Shown piece after piece: positions 19,370 through 29,255 of a stretch of DNA of 64,000 nucleotides (positions are counted from its first letter, which is position 1; every line of letters begins with the position of its first letter). The stretch is from Candidatus Cloacimonadota bacterium (lineage in GTDB: Bacteria; Cloacimonadota; Cloacimonadia; Cloacimonadales; WRIO01). Position numbers and translations under genes: made by a program. Under the pieces are notes generated by a model. It was not told where the DNA came from. It did not search any database and saw only the letters and a list, made by a program, of their open reading frames with translations. The stretch is from positions 8,753 through 72,752 of the forward strand of contig JAKQQL010000192.1 in the NCBI GenBank assembly GCA_029564175.1. The letters are read 5' to 3'.

Positions 19370-20698
19370 ATGGATCAGGATATATGGCAGAATATACTTG
19401 ATCAGTTAGAACAACATATTAATCCTCAGAGTTTCAAAACCTGGTTTAGCGAAACTCAGCTGATTGATATGGATGATAACTCATTGGTAATTCACGTACC
19501 AACAAAATTTGCAGCTGATTATCTGAATAAAACTTATTCAAAAACCATATCAGAAATATCAGATGCCATTTATAAAAAAATCTATCAGGTTAGATTTACT
19601 GAAAATATCCAATCTTCTTACAGAGATGTTAATAAAACTGAAATCTATCAGCAGAATTTGATTGCCAGTAAGCTTAATCCAAAATATAATTTTACCGAAT
19701 TTGTAGTGGGGAAGAGCAATAATTTTGCACACTCCGCATCAATGGCTGTAGCAGAATCACCTGGCACTACATACAATCCACTTTTCATTTATGGAGAATC
19801 AGGAATGGGGAAGACCCATCTAATGCAGGCAATAGGTAATTTTCTTCTTGAAGAAGGTAAAAGATATAATATTTTTTATATTACTACCGAGCAATTTACC
19901 AATGAAATGATTGAAGCAATTCGTGGTAATAAAATGCATGCTTTTCGTTATAAATTCAGAAATATAGACCTTCTATTAGTCGATGATATTCATTTTTTAT
20001 CTAAAAAAGAAGGATCTCAGGAAGAATTTTTCCATACTTTTAATGCACTTTACGAAGCTAAAAAACAAATAGTAATGACTTCTGATCGCCCGCCCAAAGA
20101 TATCCCTGATCTTGAAAACAGATTGGTGACACGTTTTGAATGGGGATTACTGGCTGATTTAAAGAGCCCTGATTTTGAAACCAGAGTTGCCATTTTAAGA
20201 AAAAAAGCAGAAGCAGAACATATTGAATTAAGTGATGAAGTAATTGATTTTATTGCAGAAAAAATATCAACCAACGTCAGAGCACTTGAAGGTTCTCTTA
20301 TCAGAATTCTGGCTTATTCTTCCTACAATAATATCAATCCAGACTGTATTGATATATATACTGCACAGGAAATCCTTTCTGATATGATTTCTGAAAAACT
20401 AAAAGAAATCAGCATGGACAACATCTTTCAGAAAGTATGTAATTTCTACAGTATCAGTCCCTCTCAGATGCTTGATAAAACACGAAAGGTAAATATTGCT
20501 TTTCCACGACAAATAGCCATGTATTTATCAAATCTGTTGATTCCTCAAATCTCACTAAAAGATATAGCCACTTATTACAAAAGAAACGATCATACAACGG
20601 TATTACATGCTAAAAAAATGATTGAAAACAAGTTTAAAGATGATAATGACCTCAGAATTCAAATCGAAAAACTGATAAAGGATATAAAAGGCTTATAA
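19370..20698 (+). CDS. dnaA: Chromosomal replication initiator DnaA
   Basis: YNPLFIYGESGMGKTHL, LLVDDI, QEEFFHTFN, RLVTRF, PRQIAMYL, DHTTVLHA. Confidence 0.98.
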   Translation: MDQDIWQNILDQLEQHINPQSFKTWFSETQLIDMDDNSLVIHVPTKFAADYLNKTYSKTISEISDAIYKKIYQVRFTENIQSSYRDVNKTEIYQQNLIASKLNPKYNFTEFVVGKSNNFAHSASMAVAESPGTTYNPLFIYGESGMGKTHLMQAIGNFLLEEGKRYNIFYITTEQFTNEMIEAIRGNKMHAFRYKFRNIDLLLVDDIHFLSKKEGSQEEFFHTFNALYEAKKQIVMTSDRPPKDIPDLENRLVTRFEWGLLADLKSPDFETRVAILRKKAEAEHIELSDEVIDFIAEKISTNVRALEGSLIRILAYSSYNNINPDCIDIYTAQEILSDMISEKLKEISMDNIFQKVCNFYSISPSQMLDKTRKVNIAFPRQIAMYLSNLLIPQISLKDIATYYKRNDHTTVLHAKKMIENKFKDDNDLRIQIEKLIKDIKGL

Positions 20699-20746
20699 AT
20701 GTCGTATTTTACTGCTAATGATATGGTTAAATCATTTCAAACTGTC

Positions 20747-20975
20747 TTTTCCACATATACACAGGAAAAGATGTGTAAAAATGTGGATAAGTCATTTAAT
20801 TCTGAATTTTCAAAAAAATGCGTGGATAAGTTTTTAAAACTATTTCATTTACTCACAACTTATACACATAATCATTATACAATTAACTCTATAAATAACA
20901 TGATGTTAAGCATTATTAAAACTAGCTTATACTCAAATACACAGCCCCTAATACTACTACTAAAAAAATAAATTA
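20747..20975. other. Replication origin oriC (unwinding sub-origin)
   Basis: Boxes TTTTCCACA 20747, ATATACACA 20755, TGTGTAAAA 20772, TGTGGATAA 20782, CGTGGATAA 20821, TTACTCACA 20849, TTATACACA 20860, TTATACTCA 20927, AAATACACA 20935; then GCCCC, TAATACTACTACTA trios and an AT-rich tract. Confidence 0.88.
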
Positions 20976-20995
20976 TAAAAGGAATTATTAGTATT

Positions 20996-22219
20996 ATGAA
21001 TAAGTATATTAAATTCGCTTTCGTTCTCAGCCTCCTGATCATTTTAACAGGATGTAATAATAAAAATTCAATTGCCGGTTTTCCAGGAAGTGCTATCAGC
21101 CAATATGAAGTCGTCATTCCTGATTCATGTTTTGAATATTCATATACATGGGGAGACAGTATTAAACCATTTACTGAAAATACAAAATTAGTTTTAGGTT
21201 CTTATGATGGTATTGATACAAGATGTTTGCTTCGTTTTTTAAGTCTTCCTTCAAGTGCTGACAGTGTTAGCAATGTCAATGTCCGATTTAAAATCTATAA
21301 GAATAAACTAAACTCAAATACTCAGTTTTCTATTCATAAAGTCACTAAATCATGGTTAGAAAGCCAGGCAAGCTGGACTCATAATAAAACAGATTCCAAT
21401 TGGTCTGAAGATGGGGGAGACTTTGATCCATTACCTTTGGCTACATTTACTATCAATGCATCAAGAACTGACAGTGTTTCAATTAATCTTCCAGCAAGCT
21501 TGATTGAATACTGGGTACATAATGATTCACTTAACTACGGTATTTTGATTAAGCAAACCAGTAGTAAAAGATCTACTCGTTTTGTTGAGTTATATTCATC
21601 AGAGAGTTATGATTCAGATATAGCACCTGTTCTCAGTTTTTCATACAAAGATTCTGATGGAGACTCTGTCTATTACAAGCAAATGTCGTATTCAGATACT
21701 TTTATTCATAATGCTCAGATGAGTCAAATGATAGATGAAAATATTCTTTCAATGTGGAATATAGCTCCCAAAGCACTTGCTTTTAAAGTGACTCTTCCAT
21801 ATCAGTTATTTGCAGATGCCGATTCTACAATCCTATCAGATGATGATTTAAGATTTGTTACAGTTAATCGTGCAGAATTAATTTTAAGTAAATCAGATGA
21901 TGTATTGCCTAATACCAATACCAAAAATAGTGTTTCTGCATATTTACTCAATACACCTCTTACAAATCAGAATTATTTTTCAAGTGATGATTATACCTTT
22001 TATCATTCAACAATTGATACTTTAAGCAATAACACAATGAAAATCAATGTTACCGGACTGATTCAGGCTTATTTATCAAAACTGAAAACCAATAATGGAT
22101 TTTTAGTAAAATCCAATTATCAGGGTATGGATTTTTCACGAATTAATTATTTTAACATTAATTGCAACGAACCTTCAAAAAGACCAAAAATTAAAATCAA
22201 ATTTTCTACTTTACGATAG
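20996..22219 (+). CDS. Lipoprotein with a DNRLRE/CBM96-like beta-sandwich domain
   Basis: Lipobox LTGC; R.LLRF, VTKSWLESQASW, W...GGDF, NYGILIK, SSE..., P.L pattern. Confidence 0.65.
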   Translation: MNKYIKFAFVLSLLIILTGCNNKNSIAGFPGSAISQYEVVIPDSCFEYSYTWGDSIKPFTENTKLVLGSYDGIDTRCLLRFLSLPSSADSVSNVNVRFKIYKNKLNSNTQFSIHKVTKSWLESQASWTHNKTDSNWSEDGGDFDPLPLATFTINASRTDSVSINLPASLIEYWVHNDSLNYGILIKQTSSKRSTRFVELYSSESYDSDIAPVLSFSYKDSDGDSVYYKQMSYSDTFIHNAQMSQMIDENILSMWNIAPKALAFKVTLPYQLFADADSTILSDDDLRFVTVNRAELILSKSDDVLPNTNTKNSVSAYLLNTPLTNQNYFSSDDYTFYHSTIDTLSNNTMKINVTGLIQAYLSKLKTNNGFLVKSNYQGMDFSRINYFNINCNEPSKRPKIKIKFSTLR

Positions 22220-22228
22220 GAGAAAATA

Positions 22229-23038
22229 ATGAAAAATATTTTATTAATTACCTGTATAACTTTTCTGTTATTATTAACAGCCTGTGATAATCATAAAGGC
22301 ACAATCATTGCAAAAGTAAATGAAGAAGTACTCACTCTGGAAGAATTTGAAAAGAGTTTTCTGTCAATAGAATATAACAGTATGAGTGCTGAAAAGAAAA
22401 GAGAATGGATTAATAAATGGGTTGAGTTAACATTATTAGCTCAGAAAGCCGATCAGGATGATTTTTTAAAAGATAATAATGTGATGGATTTTAAAATTCA
22501 AAATGCAGTTAAAAAAGTAAAAGCCAATGCTGTAATCAACAAAGAGTTACAATCAATTAAGGTTTCAGATGAAGAATTGTTCAATTATTATCGTGTACAT
22601 CAGGGAGAATTTTCAAAGAAATATGCTTCTTACAAAGTGCAAAGAATCTTTTTTAATAATCAGGATGATATGTTAAAGGTAAAAAATTTATTAGATAATG
22701 GCAGTATTAAATTTACACCTGCTGCTATAGAATATTCTCAGGAAGATATAGGGAAGTATGGTGGTTATATGACTGAATCTGTAACAGAAAAAGAACCACA
22801 TACACAATTATTTAATACCTTAAAATCCTTAGTTCAATATCAATATACAACAATGCCTTACAATAATGGATTTATTATAGTTAGATATATTGAATCCTCA
22901 GAAATCAATCAGGATGCTTCATTTGAAGAATTAAAACCAGAAATAGAACAAGCTATCATTAAAGAAAAAAGAAAAGATATTTATAAAAATCTGATTCAAG
23001 ACATCAAGTCAGAATCAAATATCGTAATATCATTATGA
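22229..23038 (+). CDS. PpiC-type/PrsA-like chaperone lipoprotein
   Basis: Lipobox LTAC; IIAKVNEEVLT, VSDEELFNYY, F..AA.EYSQ...GGY, SFEELK. Confidence 0.75.
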   Translation: MKNILLITCITFLLLLTACDNHKGTIIAKVNEEVLTLEEFEKSFLSIEYNSMSAEKKREWINKWVELTLLAQKADQDDFLKDNNVMDFKIQNAVKKVKANAVINKELQSIKVSDEELFNYYRVHQGEFSKKYASYKVQRIFFNNQDDMLKVKNLLDNGSIKFTPAAIEYSQEDIGKYGGYMTESVTEKEPHTQLFNTLKSLVQYQYTTMPYNNGFIIVRYIESSEINQDASFEELKPEIEQAIIKEKRKDIYKNLIQDIKSESNIVISL

Positions 23039-23046
23039 GGTTTAAG

Positions 23047-24333
23047 ATGAAAAAAATGACTTTAATCATACTGTTATCTTTCTTTACTACAATCCTTTTT
23101 GCTACAAAAACCGATTATATTATAGCAAAAGCTGGTAAAGATATTATTATGAAATCTGATTTACAAAAACAGATAATCCAAATGAAAAATGCAAAAGTTT
23201 GGGCTTCAGATACAACAGCTGAAACTGTTTTAAATGATATGATAGAAGCTAAGATTATCTTGGTTAAAGCACGAGAAATTGGCATTAAACCAGATGAACA
23301 AAAGATAAAAAACATTGTTGATAAACAACTTGCTTCAGTTAAATCGCAGTTCCCTGATGAATCGATGTTCTTTAATGAGTTAAGAAAAGCCGGCTTAACT
23401 GTCAGTGATTTAAAAAAGTATTATGAAGATATGTTAACAGATCAACAACTTAAAGAGCAACTGATTCAAACACAGATCAGAAAAAAAGTTCAAGTAACTG
23501 ATAGTGAGATTAAACAATATTTTGAAGATAATAAAGAAACAATTCTTAAGGATTTAAAAAAATATAAGATATCACTTATATTGAGAAATGTAAAAGCAAG
23601 TGATAAAACCAAAAAAATGGCTTTTAATAAGACTCTGGAAATACAACAGAAAATCAAAAAAGGGCAAAAATTTACTGTTTTAGCTAAAGAAATGAGTGAT
23701 TGTCCCAGTGGTCAAAATGGAGGTGATTTAGGTTGGTTTTCAAGAGGAATGATGGTTAAACCATTCGAAGATGCTGCTTTTAGTTTAAAACCAGGCGAAA
23801 TATCAGAAATCGTGGAAACTCAATTTGGTTATCATCTGATAAGACTGGAAGAAGTTAAAGGAGATGAAATCAGAGCGAGTCATATTCTGGTTAAAACTGA
23901 TCCGAATCAGGAAGATTTTGATAACGAAAAAACTACTATGGATTCTTTATTAAAAAGGATAAAAACGGGTGAAGAGTTTAGTAAAATTGCTTCAGCATAT
24001 TCTGAAGATGATTCTTCTAAAGTGAAAGGTGGAGTGATTGGTTATTATTCTGTCAGTGAATTCCCTGAACTTTTTTCTGAAGAGATCGCATCAATTAATG
24101 ACAATGAAGTGTCTAATGTGATTCATCATGAAAATACATTTTATATTTTTAAAAAGGACAGAATTGATGATCATGAATCCGGTTATGAAGATTTTAAAGA
24201 AAACATTCGTAATTATCTTATGAGTAAGAAGCAAACAGAATACTATCATAAATGGATTCAACAAATAAAAACAGAGTTTTATATTTTTATCTATCAGGAA
24301 AGATTAAATGAATTTAGCCAGGAAATTAATTAA
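23047..24333 (+). CDS. surA: SurA-like periplasmic chaperone/PPIase
   Basis: Signal peptide, SurA N-domain, two parvulin domains (SDCPSGQNGGDLGWF, ETQFGYHLI, RASHILV). Confidence 0.82.
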   Translation: MKKMTLIILLSFFTTILFATKTDYIIAKAGKDIIMKSDLQKQIIQMKNAKVWASDTTAETVLNDMIEAKIILVKAREIGIKPDEQKIKNIVDKQLASVKSQFPDESMFFNELRKAGLTVSDLKKYYEDMLTDQQLKEQLIQTQIRKKVQVTDSEIKQYFEDNKETILKDLKKYKISLILRNVKASDKTKKMAFNKTLEIQQKIKKGQKFTVLAKEMSDCPSGQNGGDLGWFSRGMMVKPFEDAAFSLKPGEISEIVETQFGYHLIRLEEVKGDEIRASHILVKTDPNQEDFDNEKTTMDSLLKRIKTGEEFSKIASAYSEDDSSKVKGGVIGYYSVSEFPELFSEEIASINDNEVSNVIHHENTFYIFKKDRIDDHESGYEDFKENIRNYLMSKKQTEYYHKWIQQIKTEFYIFIYQERLNEFSQEIN

Positions 24334-24826
24334 TCAATTATCCCTTTATATATCCACCTGTTCGGGTGTTGGATATATTCCTTTTGCACCAGGAACTTTT
24401 GGTACATTATTTGCCATGTTTATTTGGTTTTTAATACCAGATTATCTATTTTACAATGCTACTGATAGTCATATATATTATCAGGAATTTATATATATGT
24501 CAGTCATTACCTTATTTTTAACTTTAATAGGTATTTATTCTTGTAGCAATGCTGAAAAACAGTTAACACATGATGACCCAAAGATTGTTTTTGATGAATT
24601 AGTAGGATATATGATTTCAGTATTGTTTTTACCCAAAACATTGTCAATAACACTATATGCTTTTATTTTATTTCGAGTTTTCGACATTGCCAAACCTTTT
24701 CCAATCAAACAAATTCAGAAGTTAAAAGGTGGGCTTGGTATCATGATAGATGATGTTGTAGCCGGAATTTTTAGTAATGTCTTATTACAAATATTGGTAA
24801 TTATATACCCAAATTTTTTTAAATAA
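24308..24826 (+). CDS. pgpA: Phosphatidylglycerophosphatase A
   Basis: PFAPGTFGT, HDDPKIVFDELVG, FRVFDIAKPFPI, GGLGIMIDDVVAG. Confidence 0.93.
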   Translation: MNLARKLINQLSLYISTCSGVGYIPFAPGTFGTLFAMFIWFLIPDYLFYNATDSHIYYQEFIYMSVITLFLTLIGIYSCSNAEKQLTHDDPKIVFDELVGYMISVLFLPKTLSITLYAFILFRVFDIAKPFPIKQIQKLKGGLGIMIDDVVAGIFSNVLLQILVIIYPNFFK

Positions 24827-24843
24827 ACCAAACAGGAGAAAAA

Positions 24844-25167
24844 ATGAATCAGTTAATATTAGCTCAGGCAGCACAACCAGGAACAGCAGCTTCCTTATTG
24901 AATATGGTAGTAATTCCATTTGCTTTAATGTTTTTTGTCATCTATTTCTTTATGATCAGACCACAGGCAAAAAAACAAAAAGAACATCAGGCTATGCTGG
25001 ATAGTCTTCAAATCAATGATAAAGTTATCACATCCAGTGGAATTATTGGTGTTATTGTCAATATTAAGAGTGATAAAAACATCATTGTTGTACGTGTTGA
25101 TGATACAACCGGAACAAGAATAGAATTTCAAAAAAGCTCAATCGTAGGTAAAGTATCAAATGAATAG
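24844..25167 (+). CDS. yajC: Preprotein translocase subunit YajC
   Basis: YFFMIRPQAKKQKEH, DKVITSSGIIG. Confidence 0.95.
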   Translation: MNQLILAQAAQPGTAASLLNMVVIPFALMFFVIYFFMIRPQAKKQKEHQAMLDSLQINDKVITSSGIIGVIVNIKSDKNIIVVRVDDTTGTRIEFQKSSIVGKVSNE

Positions 25168-25711
25168 AAAAGCAAAACTCTTAGATATACATATATATGG
25201 GGATAAGGTTTTAAGAGAAAAAGCAAAACCTGTTGAGTCATTAACTCAAGAAATAAAAGATTTTATTGATGATTTAACTTATACCATGTATGAGAGAGAT
25301 GGTGTAGGACTAGCAGCCCCACAAGTTGGTGTTTCTCTCCGTATTTTTGTTTGTGATCCAGAATGGTCAAAAACAGAAAAAAAGAATCCTTTAGTTCTGA
25401 TAAATCCCAAATTTATGGATATGGAAGGAGATACTACTTACGAAGAAGGTTGTTTAAGTATTCCTGGAATATATGAAAAAGTGAAGCGATATTCCAAAGT
25501 CAAGATAAGCGCTTATAATGAAAACTGGGAAGAAAAAATATACGAAGCTGATGATCTTTTTTCAATTGTATTACAACATGAAAATGACCATCTGGATGGT
25601 ATTCTATTTACAGATAAAATACCACAGTTACGAAAACTCATTATCAAAAAACAACTTAAATTAATTGAATCTAGCACTGATGAAAACGGAACAAATATCA
25701 AAAATGATTAA
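25160..25711 (+). CDS. def: Peptide deformylase
   Basis: GVGLAAPQ, EGCLS, QHENDHL. Confidence 0.97.
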   Translation: MNRKAKLLDIHIYGDKVLREKAKPVESLTQEIKDFIDDLTYTMYERDGVGLAAPQVGVSLRIFVCDPEWSKTEKKNPLVLINPKFMDMEGDTTYEEGCLSIPGIYEKVKRYSKVKISAYNENWEEKIYEADDLFSIVLQHENDHLDGILFTDKIPQLRKLIIKKQLKLIESSTDENGTNIKND

Positions 25712-26660
25712 AAAAACAATATTTGTGGGAACACCAGAGTTTTCTGTTCCCACTCTTTTAGCTTTGACAGAATCTGAGTTTAGGCCTGAATTAGTTATAA
25801 CACAACCAGACAGACCTAAAGGAAGAAAGTTAATTTTAACCCCTCCGCCTGTAAAAATCATCGCTTTGGAAAAAGGTTTAAAAGTAATTCAACCCGAAAA
25901 TATCAATTCAGAAGATGTCATTTCTATGCTTAAATCATTTCAACCAGATATCATTATTACAATATCTTATGGTGGCTTTATTGGTAAGGAAATCAGGAAA
26001 ATTCCACCTTACGGCGTTATTAATATCCATCCTTCTATATTACCTAAATACAGAGGAAGTACTCCTATACAGACTGCCATCATAAATGGAGACGATGAAA
26101 CTGCCATTACTATCTTCAAAATTACGGCTAAAATGGATGCAGGTCCAATTTTATTTCAAAGAAGATATCCAATAAAATCTGATATGAATTTTACCCAATT
26201 GGATGATTTTCTTGCTTCAAAATCAGCTGATGATCTTTTAGATTTTCTCAGATATGCAGATAAATTAGTTTCAATAGATGATTATAATCGGATTATGACA
26301 ACGCAATGTATTGATAATGTGAGTTATACATCCAAGGTTGCACATGAAACTTTACGAATTAACTGGTATCAGGAAGCTAAAATTATTCATCATTTTATCA
26401 GAGCCTTTAGTGAAAGCCCTGGTGCTTTTACTACATTTAGAGAAAAAGAAATTAAAATATTAAAAACTTCTATTAGTTCTTCTCTCTCTAAACAATGTCC
26501 TGGAACTCTTTTTTATGATAAATCAGAAAATCAATTACTAATTTCAACTCAAAGCAATGATTTGATTATTAATCAAGTACAACCACAAGGCAAGAAGATA
26601 ATGAATATTCATGACTTTATTAATGGATACAGAATACAAACAGGAGACATTTTTATCTAA
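25704..26660 (+). CDS. fmt: Methionyl-tRNA formyltransferase
   Basis: GTPEF, TQPDRPKGR, NIHPSILPKYRGSTPIQ, MDAGP; follows def. Confidence 0.95.
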   Translation: MIKKTIFVGTPEFSVPTLLALTESEFRPELVITQPDRPKGRKLILTPPPVKIIALEKGLKVIQPENINSEDVISMLKSFQPDIIITISYGGFIGKEIRKIPPYGVINIHPSILPKYRGSTPIQTAIINGDDETAITIFKITAKMDAGPILFQRRYPIKSDMNFTQLDDFLASKSADDLLDFLRYADKLVSIDDYNRIMTTQCIDNVSYTSKVAHETLRINWYQEAKIIHHFIRAFSESPGAFTTFREKEIKILKTSISSSLSKQCPGTLFYDKSENQLLISTQSNDLIINQVQPQGKKIMNIHDFINGYRIQTGDIFI

Positions 26661-27430
26661 TGGATTTTGAAATTAATACCAAAGGAAAAGGATTATTTTT
26701 AACTCTATCAACAATAAGTCTTATAATAATCATGGCTTTGACAACTATTCTCTGGTTCTTTATTTCACCTCGACTTCATGAAATTCATTTTTATTTCGCT
26801 AAAACAGTTCTCTATTTGTTAAGGGCATTTTATCTGATTATCATTTCAGGTATTGTTTTTCTATATATTACCTGTTTTCTTGAAAAGGTCTTCAAATTTG
26901 CTTTGCCTTTCGTTAGAATATCTATCAATTTTCTTTTTCCTATTACGGTATTATTGGGAAAAACACTTTCTATTCCAAAAGATAGGATTAGAAATTCTTT
27001 TGTTTTTGTTAATAATTCTTTTATTAAGGCATATAAGAAATTGTATAATCCTTCTGATATATTGATACTTTTACCTCATTGCTTACAAAATACAGAATGT
27101 AAATACCGTATCAATCATCATATTGAAAATTGTATATCTTGTGGTAAATGTGATATTGCATCTCTTAAAGCAATTCATCAAAATTATCATGTGAATATTG
27201 CAATTGCAACCGGTGGTACATTAGCCAGACGTATAATTGTTAATGTTAAACCAAAACTGATTATTGCTGTTGCATGTGAAAGGGATTTAGTAGATGGCAT
27301 TCTTGAGGTATTTCCAATACCTGTTTATGGATTATTGAACGATAGACCTGAAGGTCCATGTATTAATACCAGAGTAAGCTGTGAATTAATAGAACAGATT
27401 TTGCAAAAAATTATAAGGAGAGAGGAATGA
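26660..27430 (+). CDS. DUF116 family membrane protein
   Basis: N-terminal TMs; LLPHCLQ, C..CGKC, ATGGTLAR, AVACERDL, GPCINT. Confidence 0.85.
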   Translation: MDFEINTKGKGLFLTLSTISLIIIMALTTILWFFISPRLHEIHFYFAKTVLYLLRAFYLIIISGIVFLYITCFLEKVFKFALPFVRISINFLFPITVLLGKTLSIPKDRIRNSFVFVNNSFIKAYKKLYNPSDILILLPHCLQNTECKYRINHHIENCISCGKCDIASLKAIHQNYHVNIAIATGGTLARRIIVNVKPKLIIAVACERDLVDGILEVFPIPVYGLLNDRPEGPCINTRVSCELIEQILQKIIRREE

Positions 27431-28161
27431 AACGTACTTTATTTATCGTGTTTATGTTGATAAGTTGCTCTATTTTTGCTGAACGAATTCAAGAAATCAG
27501 CAATCCAACTGCAGGTATTCTCAAAAAGGGGGAAGCAAAAATTTATACTAAAATCTATAAAGATAATGGTATGATTACAGGTGCATCAGTTGGTTTATTT
27601 GATAGTTTTATGTTTGGATTTACTTACGGTGGGGAAGAGCTTGTTGGAGATAAAAAACCTTTATGGCATGATAAGGTTGATTTTAATGCAAGATTTCGTT
27701 TGATTGATGAAACAACAAGTATTCCTGCAATTGTTATTGGATTTGATAGTCAGGGGCATGGAAAGTATTATAAAGAAGAAAAACGCTATGATATCAAGTC
27801 TAAAGGATTTTATACGGTTGCTTCTAAGAATTTTAATTTTTTAGGATTGTTTGGCTTAGATGCAGGTTTAAACTATTCCCTTGAAAATCATGATAATGAT
27901 AAAGATTTAAACGTTTTCTGTGGAGCTTATAAAACTATAGGCAAAAGTATAACTGCAATAGCTGAATATGATTTTGCAACAAATGATAATCAAAAACATC
28001 CCCTTCATGGAAAAGGAAATGGATATTTTAATGCTGGACTTGAATTACAGATAAATGATCAATTTAGTATTAAAGTTTTAGCACATGATATTTTTATGAA
28101 CAGACCTTTTGTAGATAGTTTTAACCGTTCTGTTCAAATCAATTATAGATGGAATTATTAA
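27427..28161 (+). CDS. Putative outer-membrane beta-barrel protein (YjbH-like)
   Basis: Signal peptide, PTAGIL motif, amphipathic beta strands, C-terminal aromatic YRWNY. Confidence 0.65.
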   Translation: MKRTLFIVFMLISCSIFAERIQEISNPTAGILKKGEAKIYTKIYKDNGMITGASVGLFDSFMFGFTYGGEELVGDKKPLWHDKVDFNARFRLIDETTSIPAIVIGFDSQGHGKYYKEEKRYDIKSKGFYTVASKNFNFLGLFGLDAGLNYSLENHDNDKDLNVFCGAYKTIGKSITAIAEYDFATNDNQKHPLHGKGNGYFNAGLELQINDQFSIKVLAHDIFMNRPFVDSFNRSVQINYRWNY

Positions 28162-28171
28162 AGGAGTATAA

Positions 28172-28345
28172 ATGGAACGCTTTAAATTTTCAAAATTGAA
28201 CCTTATTTTGCTGGTTTTAGCAGCCGTTCTCTTAGTGGTTGGATATGGAATACTAAATACTGGAGATCGTACGATATCGCCCGTTATTTTAATTATTACT
28301 TATTTGTTAATTATTCCTTTTGCCTTTTTATATCATAAAAAATGA
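28172..28345 (+). CDS. Small two-TM membrane protein (DUF3098-like), absent from the ORF track
   Basis: AAGGAG RBS; MERFKFSKLNLILLVLAAVLLVVGYGILNTGDRTISPVILIITYLLIIPFAFLYHKK* (57 aa); ATGA overlap with the next gene. Confidence 0.8.
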   Translation: MERFKFSKLNLILLVLAAVLLVVGYGILNTGDRTISPVILIITYLLIIPFAFLYHKK

Positions 28346-29226
28346 ATTCTGTAAGATATCAGGACATTTTCTTTAATATAGAAAAGTTCAAGCTTCAAAC
28401 CAGGAATATTGTACATGGATTTATTACAGGAATTCATAAATCTCCCTTTCAGGGATTTAGTGTTGAATTTTCTGATCACAGACCCTATAATAATGGAGAT
28501 TCAGTCGATCATATCGACTGGAAGCTATATGCAAAAACAAACAGATATTTTATCAAAAGATATGAAGATGAAACAAATGTACCGGTTTACATCATTCTTG
28601 ATCATAGTAAGTCTATGTCTTTTTCATCAGAAAAGCACACCAATAAATTAGATTATGCTAAAATGATTACTGCTACTCTTTCTTATCTGGCATTAAAACA
28701 ACGTGATGCTGTCGGGTTAATAACCATAAATCAGGATATCACATCCTTTTTACCTGCTAAGTCGAGACAAAACTGGATAGATCAGATTATTAAGAATTTG
28801 AATCTTTCTGATAGTACTGGGATAACTAAACTGAGTGAATGTCTTCATAAATCTGCTGATATTTTAAAAAAACGCAATTTGATTATTATAATATCTGACT
28901 TTTTAGAAGAAACAAATGAATTTTTGTCTGCTTTAAGCCATTTTAAATATAATATGAATGACTTGATTTTAGTGAATGTAAATGACCAGAAAGAACTCAA
29001 TTTTGATTATGATAGTGCATTAGAAATCTATGATTTAGAATCAGATGAAATGATTAATGCGAATGCTTTTGAAATAAAAAAAGAATACAATGAGTTTATT
29101 AGAAATCATTATAAAACCATAGAAGATGAAACTCTTAAACTGAATTATGATTATATCAATTTCACTCTTAATTATGATTATAGTCAGATATTAGCTGCTT
29201 TTTTAAACAAAAGAAAAAGAATGTAA
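28342..29226 (+). CDS. DUF58 family (vWA-like, usually MoxR-associated) protein
   Basis: GIHKSPFQGFSVEFSDHRPY, IDWK, DHSKSM, ISDF. Confidence 0.9.
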   Translation: MNSVRYQDIFFNIEKFKLQTRNIVHGFITGIHKSPFQGFSVEFSDHRPYNNGDSVDHIDWKLYAKTNRYFIKRYEDETNVPVYIILDHSKSMSFSSEKHTNKLDYAKMITATLSYLALKQRDAVGLITINQDITSFLPAKSRQNWIDQIIKNLNLSDSTGITKLSECLHKSADILKKRNLIIIISDFLEETNEFLSALSHFKYNMNDLILVNVNDQKELNFDYDSALEIYDLESDEMINANAFEIKKEYNEFIRNHYKTIEDETLKLNYDYINFTLNYDYSQILAAFLNKRKRM

Positions 29227-29255
29227 AAAATTAAATAGTTTTGAAAAATCGCTAT

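Noticed and set aside
20699-21117. ORFs 20699..20971 (+) and 20875..21117 (-)
   Set aside because: Shadow frames across oriC; the repeated VDK codons are DnaA boxes, and there is no RBS
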